From an uncultured Nitrospinota bacterium (GTDB lineage: Bacteria > Tectomicrobia > Entotheonellia > J063 > CAVPRW01): a stretch of DNA of 64,000 nucleotides. The DNA is taken from assembly GCA_963707985.1 (NCBI GenBank), contig CAVPRW010000032.1, positions 96,001 to 160,000 of the forward strand. Direction: 5' to 3'. Under the pieces are notes generated by a model. The model had not been told where the DNA came from. It ran no database searches and saw only the letters and a list, made by a program, of their open reading frames with translations. The number at the start of each line of letters is the position of its first letter. The first letter of the stretch is position 1. Positions 24,441 through 34,623 of this stretch are shown here, piece by piece. The position numbers and the translations under genes are program-made.

Positions 24441-25868
24441 TCACAGCTCGTAATCGACAAACAACGGATCCTGTGTGACGGCTCGACGGAAACGATCCCA
24501 CGCCGCTTGGCTGATGTTGTCCGGCTTCTTCGTAGGGATGGCATCGCCTCCTGGATCCGCACGTAGGATGCGGCCCTTGGTTTTTTCGCCAAGGGCCTTC
24601 CAGAGCTTCGGAGCAGGCATCTCCCACTTTTTAACCTCGCTGGCGAACTTCTCGTCAGTGGGAATGGCGGCCACCAGATTTTCGCTGGTCATGGCCTCGA
24701 GTCCAGAGCGTAACGTCGCATTGCCGCTACCATGATGCCCGACCTTATAGAAGACGGTACGGGCCAGTAGTTCCTTCGATGATACCTTGCGCCTGTCGTT
24801 GCCTTCTCCGATGGTGAACTCAAGACCCATCCAGGATTGCCAGTTACCAACCTGAGCATCACCGACGAACAGTAAGACCTCCCCGGTCTCGATCAGCTCA
24901 AAAGCCAGCACCAGGCAAGTATTGTTGATCGCATTGTCCACCTGGAGTGCCAGATGTGCTGCCGACTGCAGCCAGTCGTTGTCGATGCGCCGCCAGTCTT
25001 GCGATTGGTAGTGCTCATAAAGCGTTCCCAGCTTCCGACTGAGCGCCATCGCATCGGACTCTGGCCATGTCAGGGCGGCCTCAAACGGACAAAGCCGCTC
25101 AGCCAGCTCCCGTTCCTGCACGCCGAACTCATCCGGCCTGGCCCCGAGCATAACGGCTGACATCCACCCCATCGCCGCTCCATGCTGTGTCGATTCGAAG
25201 GTCTCGGAGCTTGATCCCTGCATGTCGCGGATGGCGTTCAGATCCATGGGAGGACCGAGCACATAGACGCGCACTCCGGGCAACCAGGCGCGCTCCAACA
25301 CCTGACCCGGTTTCAGAAATGGCTGCGAATCGCGTTTCCGCTGGCTGATGAAATCCATCGCCTCGTCGGAGCGTGGGGAAAACTTCGAGGCCCCGAGCAG
25401 CTCGCCGGAAAGACCCTCGAACCCCAGCACGTGCGCCACGGCCATACCGCATTCGCGGTCCACAGCGGCAGGCGCAGCGTACAATCGTTCCACCGCTAAC
25501 CCGAGCGTCTTGGCCATCATCGCTGTCATCTTCTTGTTCTCTTGGGCGATCGTCTGGTCCGGGTCTTCGGTCCATGCAACCCAGATCTCATCGGTATGCA
25601 ATTGGTCAAAGATCGCACGGGCGTGACTAAAGCCGGCGATATGATCCCAGTGCTCATGGGTGGCAACGAGCGCCTGCACCTGCTGGCTTGTTGCCGTCAG
25701 AATGTGCTGCGCGATCTGGCTGATATGGGCTTTTTCGTTCGCGGTACCGACGAAGATGCCGCAGTCGATGAGAATGTGACTCTGAGTGTTTCCTGAGGTA
25801 AACGTGAGCAAGAAGCAATCGCCCAATCCTGGACGGTACATCCGGATGCGGACATGCGGCTTAGGCAT
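24441..25868 (-). CDS. MBL-fold metallohydrolase (ComEC/Rec2-like)
   Basis: GLGDCFLL, LIDCG, THEHWDH, NNTCLVL, GDAQ and KVGHHGS motifs. Confidence 0.88.
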   Translation of the reverse strand: MPKPHVRIRMYRPGLGDCFLLTFTSGNTQSHILIDCGIFVGTANEKAHISQIAQHILTATSQQVQALVATHEHWDHIAGFSHARAIFDQLHTDEIWVAWTEDPDQTIAQENKKMTAMMAKTLGLAVERLYAAPAAVDRECGMAVAHVLGFEGLSGELLGASKFSPRSDEAMDFISQRKRDSQPFLKPGQVLERAWLPGVRVYVLGPPMDLNAIRDMQGSSSETFESTQHGAAMGWMSAVMLGARPDEFGVQERELAERLCPFEAALTWPESDAMALSRKLGTLYEHYQSQDWRRIDNDWLQSAAHLALQVDNAINNTCLVLAFELIETGEVLLFVGDAQVGNWQSWMGLEFTIGEGNDRRKVSSKELLARTVFYKVGHHGSGNATLRSGLEAMTSENLVAAIPTDEKFASEVKKWEMPAPKLWKALGEKTKGRILRADPGGDAIPTKKPDNISQAAWDRFRRAVTQDPLFVDYEL

Positions 25869-28077
25869 ACGTCCCCTCCTTGGTGGTGGTGCTGTGGATC
25901 ATGGCGAACCGATGGCCCGGGCCAGCAAAGGGGGAGCCGCCAAAGTAGGTGAGAGCCAGGGCGTTCCCTTGGGCGCGAAAATTCTGGACGGCTCGACGCC
26001 GCGGGGCACTATTGATATTCTTGCGTACCGCATACCGGACCTCCGCGGTATCCAGGTCGATGACCAGGGTACATCCACCATCAAAGGGCAGCCGCGTGCC
26101 ATCGACCTGCACCTCACACGTCTGCTGGAGCCACAGGAGGGCCTCGCGGCGAGTCAATCCGCCCGCGACGGAGCGATTGGCGAAGTTTAGAGCCCGGACC
26201 TCAAATCGTGCCTTGCCCCTAGTATGCGAGGTGAAGTCGAGACCAAGCGTACGGGCCAGCGCTTCGCGTTGCGATACGTCCAGCGACGCAAGGACCTCGC
26301 TCCACAGATTGTGTAACAGGGCCCGTTCCTGATGCAGAAGTCGGAAGATCGCTTCCCGCGGTTGCAGTTGCTGAGAGTAGGGAGGTGCCGCCGCTCTCAG
26401 GCATGATCTCATCGACCATCGCTGCGGCTCGGGCAGCTGGAGATAGCGCATCTCTTCCACAGGCCAGGCGACTGGTTCGGAGAGATTGGAGAGGCGACGC
26501 ACGATGTCGCCAACGGCGCGTAGACGTACGAAGGCAACATGGCCGAGAACCCGCAGATCCGTCTCTGGCCCCTTCCAGCGTAGGGCATCCTCGGACATTG
26601 TGCGCACGTCATTCGGGTAGATGCCACGTTGGCGAAACGATTCCATGAGGGCGACGCGGTAGTCGAGCACATCCTCCGGAAACAGGTCGGCATCTGCCGT
26701 TATGGCTGCGCGCAGGAAATCGCCGAAGGTGAGGTCCACTGGCGGACAGTAGTCGATGGCTCGAATGCAGATGTTCAGCATATGGACGGCAGCCTTGCGG
26801 GCCTCGTCGGCGAAGCGGCGAACCAAGTCAGGGTGGAGGTCCCCGGCGTGAAGAATGCCGGTGCCCTCCGAGGCTATCCGCTTCAGGTCCGCAATGCGGC
26901 GCTCATAGATGGACAGAAATGCATCGAAGATAGCACCTACCAGGACCGCGCCGCGCTCATGCTGCTCTGTGGCGCGCGGATAGTCCGTTGGGCTGGGTTT
27001 GGTCCGTTGCCAGTGATCCTGGGCGTCAAAACGGCCAATATAGCTGCGCAGGGCACCATGAAGGCCATAGCCCAAGCCAAATTGCAAAGCCAGCTCGCCA
27101 AGCAGATTGCGGTCGCGCAAATCGCCGCGAACTCGGCCGATTTGGTCCTCGAGGATACCGGGCAGCGTAAAATGCTGGAACAGAGCGATGATGTCGGCAA
27201 AGGCTTCGTGGAAGGCAAGCATGTCAGGGTTGGTAGGCTCTACCAGCCCACGGGCCATGCCGTCCAAGAGGGCATGGGCCGTTTCATGGGCTACGATGTC
27301 GTGTGAAAGACAGGTGAAAACCATTCCTCCAGGTTGGAGGCTGCCTGAATCGAGGGGACGTGCGGGAAAGTAGCCGAACAGTAATGCCTTCTTGAGCGGA
27401 TTATAGTAGGCATTGCGATCGCGCAGAGCATGCGGATAGATGCGTAACTTTGGGACGTATTCCGCGTCGTTCAGGCCGTCGACACGTGGCGACCACAATG
27501 CTTTTCGGCCCAAGGCCTCTTCGAAGGTGTGAATGGTTCGCATGGCGACCGCATACACCATCTGCTGGTGAAACTTCGGGTCGCCCTCCGCTGGAGCCAG
27601 GCCATCGGCGGCAATCAGTGGGGTGTCATTCAGATCGACGGGAGCGTAGAAACAGCCAGTGGCGGGGTCATGGTCCACCACTTCGATGTACTCCCCCGAG
27701 GGGCCAGGACCGACGCCCTCCCAAGGGATCGTCACTACGGTCTGGTTGATGTCGACATTCTCCAGCGCACCAGCAGTGGACGGATCGAAACTGAAAACAC
27801 GCAGACGACGATTGACAGGTTGTGACGGGTGGGCTCTGTCATCACCAGCTCTAGCAGTCCCCCCCGTGGTCGGCTGAGCTATGCCTGGAGCCACGGGCCT
27901 CCGGTCTGAGCGTTGCTCAAGTTCCCGGCGCAAGGTCCTGGACAGGTAGGGTGACGCCAGTGCCGCGTCGCGGAATGCCATCAGTTCTTGCTGCGACGGA
28001 CCTTTTTCAGGATCGGCGATCGTAGCCTCCACGGTGCCATCACGGTGGATCAACTGCGCCAGCTCCAGTTCGAACAT
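25861..28077 (-). CDS. Gluzincin (M4/M36-like) zinc metallopeptidase-domain protein
   Basis: NAYY, DIVAHETAH (HExxH) and HEAFAD third ligand; no signal peptide. Confidence 0.85.
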   Translation of the reverse strand: MFELELAQLIHRDGTVEATIADPEKGPSQQELMAFRDAALASPYLSRTLRRELEQRSDRRPVAPGIAQPTTGGTARAGDDRAHPSQPVNRRLRVFSFDPSTAGALENVDINQTVVTIPWEGVGPGPSGEYIEVVDHDPATGCFYAPVDLNDTPLIAADGLAPAEGDPKFHQQMVYAVAMRTIHTFEEALGRKALWSPRVDGLNDAEYVPKLRIYPHALRDRNAYYNPLKKALLFGYFPARPLDSGSLQPGGMVFTCLSHDIVAHETAHALLDGMARGLVEPTNPDMLAFHEAFADIIALFQHFTLPGILEDQIGRVRGDLRDRNLLGELALQFGLGYGLHGALRSYIGRFDAQDHWQRTKPSPTDYPRATEQHERGAVLVGAIFDAFLSIYERRIADLKRIASEGTGILHAGDLHPDLVRRFADEARKAAVHMLNICIRAIDYCPPVDLTFGDFLRAAITADADLFPEDVLDYRVALMESFRQRGIYPNDVRTMSEDALRWKGPETDLRVLGHVAFVRLRAVGDIVRRLSNLSEPVAWPVEEMRYLQLPEPQRWSMRSCLRAAAPPYSQQLQPREAIFRLLHQERALLHNLWSEVLASLDVSQREALARTLGLDFTSHTRGKARFEVRALNFANRSVAGGLTRREALLWLQQTCEVQVDGTRLPFDGGCTLVIDLDTAEVRYAVRKNINSAPRRRAVQNFRAQGNALALTYFGGSPFAGPGHRFAMIHSTTTKEGTYA

Positions 28078-29518
28078 GTGATCGAGTGGCGACTCCTCGC
28101 GTCACCACAGTGAAGATGGTTCCGCGCAGCAGCTTCCAGAAGGCGAATGTGGCCGAATCCGCCGCCTGTTTGCGCAGAGCCTGCCGACGGGGGGCGGTTG
28201 GCTCGATGCGAAGCGCGTCGTGTGCTTTGAGGATGCCTCGGCCGAAGTAGGTACGGCTCTCGGGTTTGGACGCATCCGCTGACTCGAACAACGCCTGGCG
28301 GATAATCTCAATTTTCTCCCATCCCTGCCAGTTTGCGACCGCCGCCTTGTGTTGCTGGAGCCACAGGGCTGCTGCTGCTGCGACTTGTGGCGTGGCGGAT
28401 GAGGTTCCTTGCCCGTCCCAGTCGATGACGTCGGGGGCGCCGATCTCAGCCCACGGTATGTTCGGCGTAAAGGCGGCGATGGCAGTGTCCATTTTGCTGT
28501 CCGGTCCATAATTACCGGACATCTGGCCAAACTCCAGCTCGTAAGGTCGGAAATCCGCCATGACGCCACAGGCAGCTAGCACCCGGTGAAAACGTGCTGG
28601 AAAGACGATAGTTTTGGGGCGACCAAAGTTGTTGCCTGCCGCTGTCACCAGGCAGAGACCAGCTTCATAGGCGCGGTTGACCACATCCGCCCAGGCGTCG
28701 GAGGCAACGCCGCCCATACTCATCGACACCACGTCTATAGCGGTGTCCGGGTCACCATGGAGGGAGAGCAGGTATTCCATCGCCTCGGCAAAGGCACTGG
28801 TCGACAGCAGCACCACGGACCTTGCAATGCGGATCGGCACCACCTCGGCTTGCGGGGCTCCACCCAGGTAGATACCGTTGGGAGTCGGTTCCCGCATCTG
28901 CTGCAGCTGCCCCCCGGCCAGAATTGCCATGGTGGCCGTGCCATGGCCTGGATTATTGAGGAATCCAGCAATATCCGGATCGGACGCATCCGTCCGCCCG
29001 TCGCCGGTAAAATTCCGTTCCAGGTTTCGACGCAGATGCTCCGGCATGGAGCGGTGCTGGAAGTCGAACCCCACATCGAGGATGGCAATGCGCACCGGCT
29101 GCGGATTGGAAATTGACGCACGCGCAGCCTCCAACTGGGAATACTTCGCCTTGAGGTGCCAGGCGAAGCCAGGCCCTTGCGGGAAGTCCTGAGATTGGAG
29201 GTCGACACGGCCACGATCCGAGAGTCCTCCAGCAAACAGACCACGCTGACGTCGGGTCGTTGGCATCGGCCAGAGGGTTTCGCAATCGGGCTCTACCGTA
29301 CTGCCGGCGCTCTGGGCGTGCATTTCATAGGCGGCGTCCCAAAGCTGATCGATTGTGGCACGCCCACTGGTTTCGATCCGGTACCACCGTTGGTCTGGTG
29401 CCGCTGCGGCGAACAACGGCTTGACGACTTCAAACGTGTTTCCGGCGGCGCTGAAGGACTTGGGAACCACCGTTGCGACGGCGCGTTTGACGAGTAGACG
29501 CGCGGCTTGCGTTTGCAT
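28040..29518 (-). CDS. S8 subtilisin-like serine peptidase
   Basis: Intact triad ILDVG / GHGTA / GTSSATP and oxyanion AAGN; no signal peptide. Confidence 0.9.
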   Translation of the reverse strand: MQTQAARLLVKRAVATVVPKSFSAAGNTFEVVKPLFAAAAPDQRWYRIETSGRATIDQLWDAAYEMHAQSAGSTVEPDCETLWPMPTTRRQRGLFAGGLSDRGRVDLQSQDFPQGPGFAWHLKAKYSQLEAARASISNPQPVRIAILDVGFDFQHRSMPEHLRRNLERNFTGDGRTDASDPDIAGFLNNPGHGTATMAILAGGQLQQMREPTPNGIYLGGAPQAEVVPIRIARSVVLLSTSAFAEAMEYLLSLHGDPDTAIDVVSMSMGGVASDAWADVVNRAYEAGLCLVTAAGNNFGRPKTIVFPARFHRVLAACGVMADFRPYELEFGQMSGNYGPDSKMDTAIAAFTPNIPWAEIGAPDVIDWDGQGTSSATPQVAAAAALWLQQHKAAVANWQGWEKIEIIRQALFESADASKPESRTYFGRGILKAHDALRIEPTAPRRQALRKQAADSATFAFWKLLRGTIFTVVTRGVATRSHVRTGAGAVDPP

Positions 29519-29920
29519 CGCGATCCCTCCGCATACGGAGATTGTCCAATTGCTGGCATAAGAGTGCTGTTAATTGTACCGCATTTGGGGTTTCCAGGAG
29601 CCATTGCTTTCGTACGGAGCTTGACGCGACCAAGAGACACCTGGCCCCAGCGGATGGGTCCGTTCGTTGCCAAAGCTCATGGCAAACGACCCTTGTTGCG
29701 CAAAGCGGCGCCATTATGCCCCAGGCACCGGCTCGCTGCAAGCCAGGGCCTAGCCAATAGAGTATAGGCCCTCTGCCATCACCTCGTTTGGACACACCCT
29801 TACTCAAAACGTGTTTCAACAGCCTCAAATTGCGCTACAATAGTGCCAACGTACCGAGGCCACGAGAACTTCGATGAGTGATTCTGGACAGCACCCCAAT
29901 CCTGGAGAGGAGGCCAGACG

Positions 29921-31375
29921 ATGCCGGCGAGGACGGGGAAGGAATACATCGCGGGGCTCCGCGAGCAGGCGGCAGAAGTATACATTCATGGGGAGCAAGT
30001 GAAGGATGTGACTACACATCCGGCCTTACAGAATGGCGTGCGGACGCTCGCCAGTTTGTATGACATGCAGCATGATCCGGTCCTGCGCGATGCCATGACC
30101 TACACATCGCCTACGACCGGTGAGGCCGTTGGACTGTCGTTCATCACGCCTCGAACCATCCAGGACCTGGAGCGGCGACGCACGATGATGGCGCATTGGG
30201 CCAGGTCCAGTTGCGGCATGATGGGCCGGACGCCGGATTTCATGAATGTCAATATGATGGCGATGGCTGCCGCCGGCGACTATTTTGCCCAAAACCGTCC
30301 CGAATTCAAAGACAATATCCAGCGCTATTATGAATACGTCCGCGAACACGACCTCGTTCTCACCCATACCCTGGTCAACCTGCAACGCAATCGCAGTCCC
30401 CTGGCCAGACCACTAGACAATCGAACCGATGTGGCCCTTGCCGTCGTGCGGGAGACCGATGCCGGGATCGTGGTGCGTGGCCCGCGGGTGCTGGCAACCC
30501 TGGGTCCACTGGCGGATGAGATCGCGGTGTATCCGGCCAGGAATCATCAGCTTCCACCGGACGCACAGAGCCGGTATTCCTTTGCCTTCGCCATCCCCTG
30601 TAACACACCGGGTGTGAAGTTGCAGTGCCGGGAGAGCTTCGACCTCGGTCGTTCTCACTTCGACCACCCCCTAGGTTCCCGCTTCGAGGAGATGGATGCG
30701 ATTGTGTTATTCGACGATGTTCTGGTACCCTGGGAACGGGTCTTCCTGCTCGGTGACGTCGACCTGTGCAATCGAACCTCCGAGGAAACCAATCGGAACT
30801 CGCATTCAAGTCACCAGGTGGTGACCAAACAGGTGGTGAAGACCGAGTTCATCCTTGGCCTGGCCAGCCTGATGATTCACACTCTGGGCTCAGGCCAGCT
30901 CACCCAGGTGCAGGAGATGATGGCCGATATCATCGAGCACCTGGAGCTCATGAAGGCCTGTCTACGCGCTGCTGAGGCTGACGCCAAGGTCGACCAGTGG
31001 GGTGTCATGTGTCCTGTTCGGATGCCCCTGATGGCAGCTCGCCGCCTATTCATCCGTATGTACCCCCGGATGGCGGAAATCCTGCATCTCCTGGGCTCTA
31101 GCAGCCTCATGGCGTTGCCGACGGAGGCGGATCTGCATGGCCCATTGGCCCGTGAGCTGCAGAACTACCTGGACACTGATTCGACCTCTGCCGAAGATCG
31201 CGTCAAGCTCTTTCGTCTGGCCTGGGACACCTGCTGTAGCGCCTTTGCCTCCAGGCAGGTGCTGTATGAGCGGTACTTTGGCGGCAATGCCCTGCAAAAC
31301 TCCATCATCATGTACAACCTCTATGACAAGGAGCCCATGACCGATTGGGTGCGGCAGTTCTTGGGGCAGGCGTAA
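29921..31375 (+). CDS. hpaB: 4-hydroxyphenylacetate 3-monooxygenase, oxygenase component
   Basis: RTGKEYIAGLR, MGRTPDF, HPLGSRFEEMDA and RQVLYERYF motifs. Confidence 0.88.
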   Translation: MPARTGKEYIAGLREQAAEVYIHGEQVKDVTTHPALQNGVRTLASLYDMQHDPVLRDAMTYTSPTTGEAVGLSFITPRTIQDLERRRTMMAHWARSSCGMMGRTPDFMNVNMMAMAAAGDYFAQNRPEFKDNIQRYYEYVREHDLVLTHTLVNLQRNRSPLARPLDNRTDVALAVVRETDAGIVVRGPRVLATLGPLADEIAVYPARNHQLPPDAQSRYSFAFAIPCNTPGVKLQCRESFDLGRSHFDHPLGSRFEEMDAIVLFDDVLVPWERVFLLGDVDLCNRTSEETNRNSHSSHQVVTKQVVKTEFILGLASLMIHTLGSGQLTQVQEMMADIIEHLELMKACLRAAEADAKVDQWGVMCPVRMPLMAARRLFIRMYPRMAEILHLLGSSSLMALPTEADLHGPLARELQNYLDTDSTSAEDRVKLFRLAWDTCCSAFASRQVLYERYFGGNALQNSIIMYNLYDKEPMTDWVRQFLGQA

Positions 31376-31542
31376 CGACACGCTGGCCAAGGCAAGACGG
31401 GTGAGGAATTCATCTTGACACGGAGCCCAAATCAGGATACTGAAAATTTACCCTGACGTACCATCCGAGCGATCACATCGAGATCGCCCGGTACCATTGG
31501 TTCTAGCAGCGCCAGAGAACAGGCGACAGGTGAGAGGAGGTC

Positions 31543-32079
31543 ATGCCGATGCCACGCATTAGAATGATCCATCACGTCAACGTCCAGATCAGTAATCGCG
31601 AACGTACGCGGGAATGGTATGAGCAGGTGCTGGGCGCACAGTTTTTGGATCGAGGTCCGGCCCTCAACAAACGGCAGCTACAGTTGCGCATCGGCAGCGG
31701 GGAGATGCACTTCACTGAAACCCCCAATCCGACCACCATCCGCTCCAGCCATTTCGCGGTAGAGGTGAACGACTGGGAGGCGATGCTCGCCCACCTGCAA
31801 GAGCTGGGAATTCCCCATGTGCGAACGTCGGCTGCGAGCACCGGGACCAACATTGGCGGTAATGACCCATACCAGGGCCGGCGTGAGGATAGCGGTGAGT
31901 ACTATACATACATCCACGACCCAGATAATAATATGATCGAACTGGTATATCATCCGCTAGGCCTGGAAGACTCCAAGGGGAACAAAGTCGCCGTCGCGGA
32001 TGATCCCCAGGGCGTGCGCTGGACTCAGCAGCCCGATTTCGTCGCTGCTGCCTATCGCGATACTGCAAGCCATACCTGA
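31543..32079 (+). CDS. VOC family protein
   Basis: HHVNV...HFAVEV...DPDNNMIEL. Confidence 0.8.
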   Translation: MPMPRIRMIHHVNVQISNRERTREWYEQVLGAQFLDRGPALNKRQLQLRIGSGEMHFTETPNPTTIRSSHFAVEVNDWEAMLAHLQELGIPHVRTSAASTGTNIGGNDPYQGRREDSGEYYTYIHDPDNNMIELVYHPLGLEDSKGNKVAVADDPQGVRWTQQPDFVAAAYRDTASHT

Positions 32080-32112
32080 CCACCTCTAGGCCACAAACCC
32101 TTGCCTTTTGCT

Positions 32113-32145
32113 CCCTCTCCCTCTGGGAGAGGGCTGGGGTGAGGG
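32113..32145. repeat. CCCTCTCCC-type REP-like palindrome
   Basis: CCCTCTCCCTCTGGGAGAGGG-CTGGGGTGAGGG in an intergenic region. Confidence 0.6.
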
Positions 32146-32244
32146 AAGCTCAAGTGCTCGAGCAAGCCTGACGGGCGCCCAGCGCAAGGCAATCATCGAG
32201 ATGGGGCACAGGTAAAGGTTGGGCAAAAATCTTGGAGATCAGCG

Positions 32245-32583
32245 ATGGAAAAACCTAGGATTCGACATATTGCCCTAAACGTCCAAAACCGCGAGGAGCT
32301 GGCTGAATACTACAAAAAAATCTTTGGCCTCGAGGAAAAATACCGCGGACCGAACGGCACGATTTACCTCTCCGACGGCTTCGTCGGCATCGCACTGATT
32401 CACAGACCCGAGCTGCCTTGGGGCATCAATCACTTCGGTTTTGAAGTCGAAAACGTCAAAGCCATCGAGGAAGCCGCTCAAACCACATCACAGTCCAACA
32501 TCTACGGGGCGGTGGCGGAGAATTGGATACGCGATATAGAAGGCAACAGGGTGGACATCACAGAACACGGCTGGCCGATCTGA
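32245..32583 (+). CDS. VOC family protein (paralog of 6707-7111)
   Basis: IRHIAL, YLSDG and GINHFGF motifs. Confidence 0.85.
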   Translation: MEKPRIRHIALNVQNREELAEYYKKIFGLEEKYRGPNGTIYLSDGFVGIALIHRPELPWGINHFGFEVENVKAIEEAAQTTSQSNIYGAVAENWIRDIEGNRVDITEHGWPI

Positions 32584-32657
32584 GCCAGCACTTGAGAGAG
32601 CAACCCACGAGAATGTGACGTGGAGGGAAGGTGTTTACTATGGCTCAGGGAGAATCA

Positions 32658-33170
32658 ATGAAAGTCAAAGTCTTCAACCGGCAAGGCCAGCTCGTCGGCC
32701 CCATTGAGATGCCACGCGTGGTCAAGACCGACACGCAGTGGCGTCATCAACTCACACCCGAACAGTTTGAGATTGCTCGTGGCAAGGGCACTGAGCGACC
32801 GTTCTGTGGCACCCTCCTGGACAATAAGCTCCACGGGGTATACGGCTGTGTCTGCTGCGGGCTGCCCCTGTTCTCCTCGGATGGCAAGTTCAACTCCGGA
32901 ACCGGCTGGCCTAGCTTCTTCCAGCCCGTGGCCGAGGAGAACATCATCACGCATACAGATCGCAGCTATGGCATGATCCGTACGGAGATCATGTGCGCTC
33001 GCTGTGATGGCCATCTCGGCCATGTATTCGATGACGGGCCAGCCCCTACCGGGCTGCGATATTGCGTCAACTCCGAGTCGCTCGTCTTCACAGATGAGCA
33101 GGACCTGTCGAAGTTAGCCGACCCTGCTGCTGAAGCCGCAGGCAAGGAAGCATCCTCCGGTCGTTCCTAG
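32658..33170 (+). CDS. msrB: Peptide-methionine (R)-S-oxide reductase
   Basis: GTERPF, GTGWPSF, HLGHVFDDGP and RYCVNS motifs. Confidence 0.95.
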   Translation: MKVKVFNRQGQLVGPIEMPRVVKTDTQWRHQLTPEQFEIARGKGTERPFCGTLLDNKLHGVYGCVCCGLPLFSSDGKFNSGTGWPSFFQPVAEENIITHTDRSYGMIRTEIMCARCDGHLGHVFDDGPAPTGLRYCVNSESLVFTDEQDLSKLADPAAEAAGKEASSGRS

Positions 33171-33333
33171 CGGAGGGGCGGCGCCCAAAGGCCCATGTCC
33201 GATCAGGCTCGACAACGGTCATGGGCCGTCATTCTGGTCTTCCCGAGCGTGTGATGCTGTCTGAGGTGTCCCCGGAGCTTGAGCTTCGCATGGGAAGTGG
33301 GTTTGCCCCACACTCTTCTGCCAGCAAGCGACC

Positions 33334-34515
33334 CTATTCGTAGGAAACTTCTGCCTGCATGAAGGCTTCTTCGATCTCTTTGGCCATGGCATCGATGTCC
33401 GCACAAACGGCATAGCGCACGTAACCGGGGAAATGAACCCCAACGACCCCCGTTCGTTCAATCATCAGAAAATTGAAGTGCTCTGCGCTCTCGATCTTCT
33501 GGCCGAAGGCTCGAGTGGGGATGAGCCACAAGGTGAAGAAGCCGGCAGCGGGCTCCAGGGCGAGTCGCATCCCGTGGGGGGTTAACAATTCGACTAGCCG
33601 TCTGAGTCGTGCGCGGTACATCTCACGGTAGCGCGCAATACCGGCCTGATCATGCTCAAAGGCAGCCACCACGCCGACGGCCATCGGCGCCACGAAACCT
33701 GTATCAGTCTTACCCTTGACGATTTTGAGGTCGCCAATGAAGTCGGGCGAGCCGACCATCGCCCCGACATGCCAGCCAGTGCCGTTGCCGATCAGCTTGG
33801 CGGCGGTGAAAGCCTCAGCCCAGGACAACTCTGGGAAATCGGGGGCGATCTCCGCGAGGGTGACGCTATCGGAAGCATAGCTGAGGACCACATATGCCGC
33901 ATCGTTAAACAGACGGATGTGTCGGGCACTACAAACTTCGCAGACCTTCTGGAGCCACTCGCGGCTTGCCACCTGGCCCGACGGGTTGTGGGGATAGTTC
34001 ATCATGATCAGGTCGGTGCCCTGGGGAATTTCGTCGGGTGCAAAGCGAAACATATTGGCGGGATTCAGAGGCAGAGCACCATGAGTCACGAGCGGATGAT
34101 AGGCACACCAGTCGGCTGGAATGGGGTACCCAGGGCTGGTCATCGTTGCGACAGTGATACGCTGCTCGGCGCCGCCGCAGGCCAAGGGAACCAGACCCAG
34201 GATGGGCTTGATGCCCGGAATGGGGAGGTAATCCACCTCGTCACTAGGACAGGCTCGCCGCACATGGGCCTTAATAAACCGTGGCGCAAAATCGGGGACG
34301 CCTGGGCTCGCGTTATATTGATAGGCATGCATCGCTTCATCGTCGCTCATCACCGCGGCGGCCGCAGCCTGGCGGGCGCTGAGCAGCGCTGGCCCCTTGG
34401 GCTCACCGATGGACAGGTCGATGAGCTGTACGCCTCGCCCCTGGGCTTCAGCGCGTTTCGCTCGGATCGTTTGCAATACGTTCTCGCCGCCAGACCCCAA
34501 TCTCGATTGTCGCAT
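33334..34515 (-). CDS. PLP-dependent aminotransferase class I/II (LL-DAP aminotransferase-like)
   Basis: DLSIGEP, NYPHNPSG, NDAAY and AK..G.GWHVG motifs. Confidence 0.85.
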   Translation of the reverse strand: MRQSRLGSGGENVLQTIRAKRAEAQGRGVQLIDLSIGEPKGPALLSARQAAAAAVMSDDEAMHAYQYNASPGVPDFAPRFIKAHVRRACPSDEVDYLPIPGIKPILGLVPLACGGAEQRITVATMTSPGYPIPADWCAYHPLVTHGALPLNPANMFRFAPDEIPQGTDLIMMNYPHNPSGQVASREWLQKVCEVCSARHIRLFNDAAYVVLSYASDSVTLAEIAPDFPELSWAEAFTAAKLIGNGTGWHVGAMVGSPDFIGDLKIVKGKTDTGFVAPMAVGVVAAFEHDQAGIARYREMYRARLRRLVELLTPHGMRLALEPAAGFFTLWLIPTRAFGQKIESAEHFNFLMIERTGVVGVHFPGYVRYAVCADIDAMAKEIEEAFMQAEVSYE

Positions 34516-34623
34516 ACACTACTCCCTTCCTACGCGCCAGCTCTGGCTGAAACCTGGTGCCTAATCATGAGGTTTCTTTGACACTCGGTGAGTAAGAAAA
34601 CGGCCTGCCGCGCTGCCATGGCC

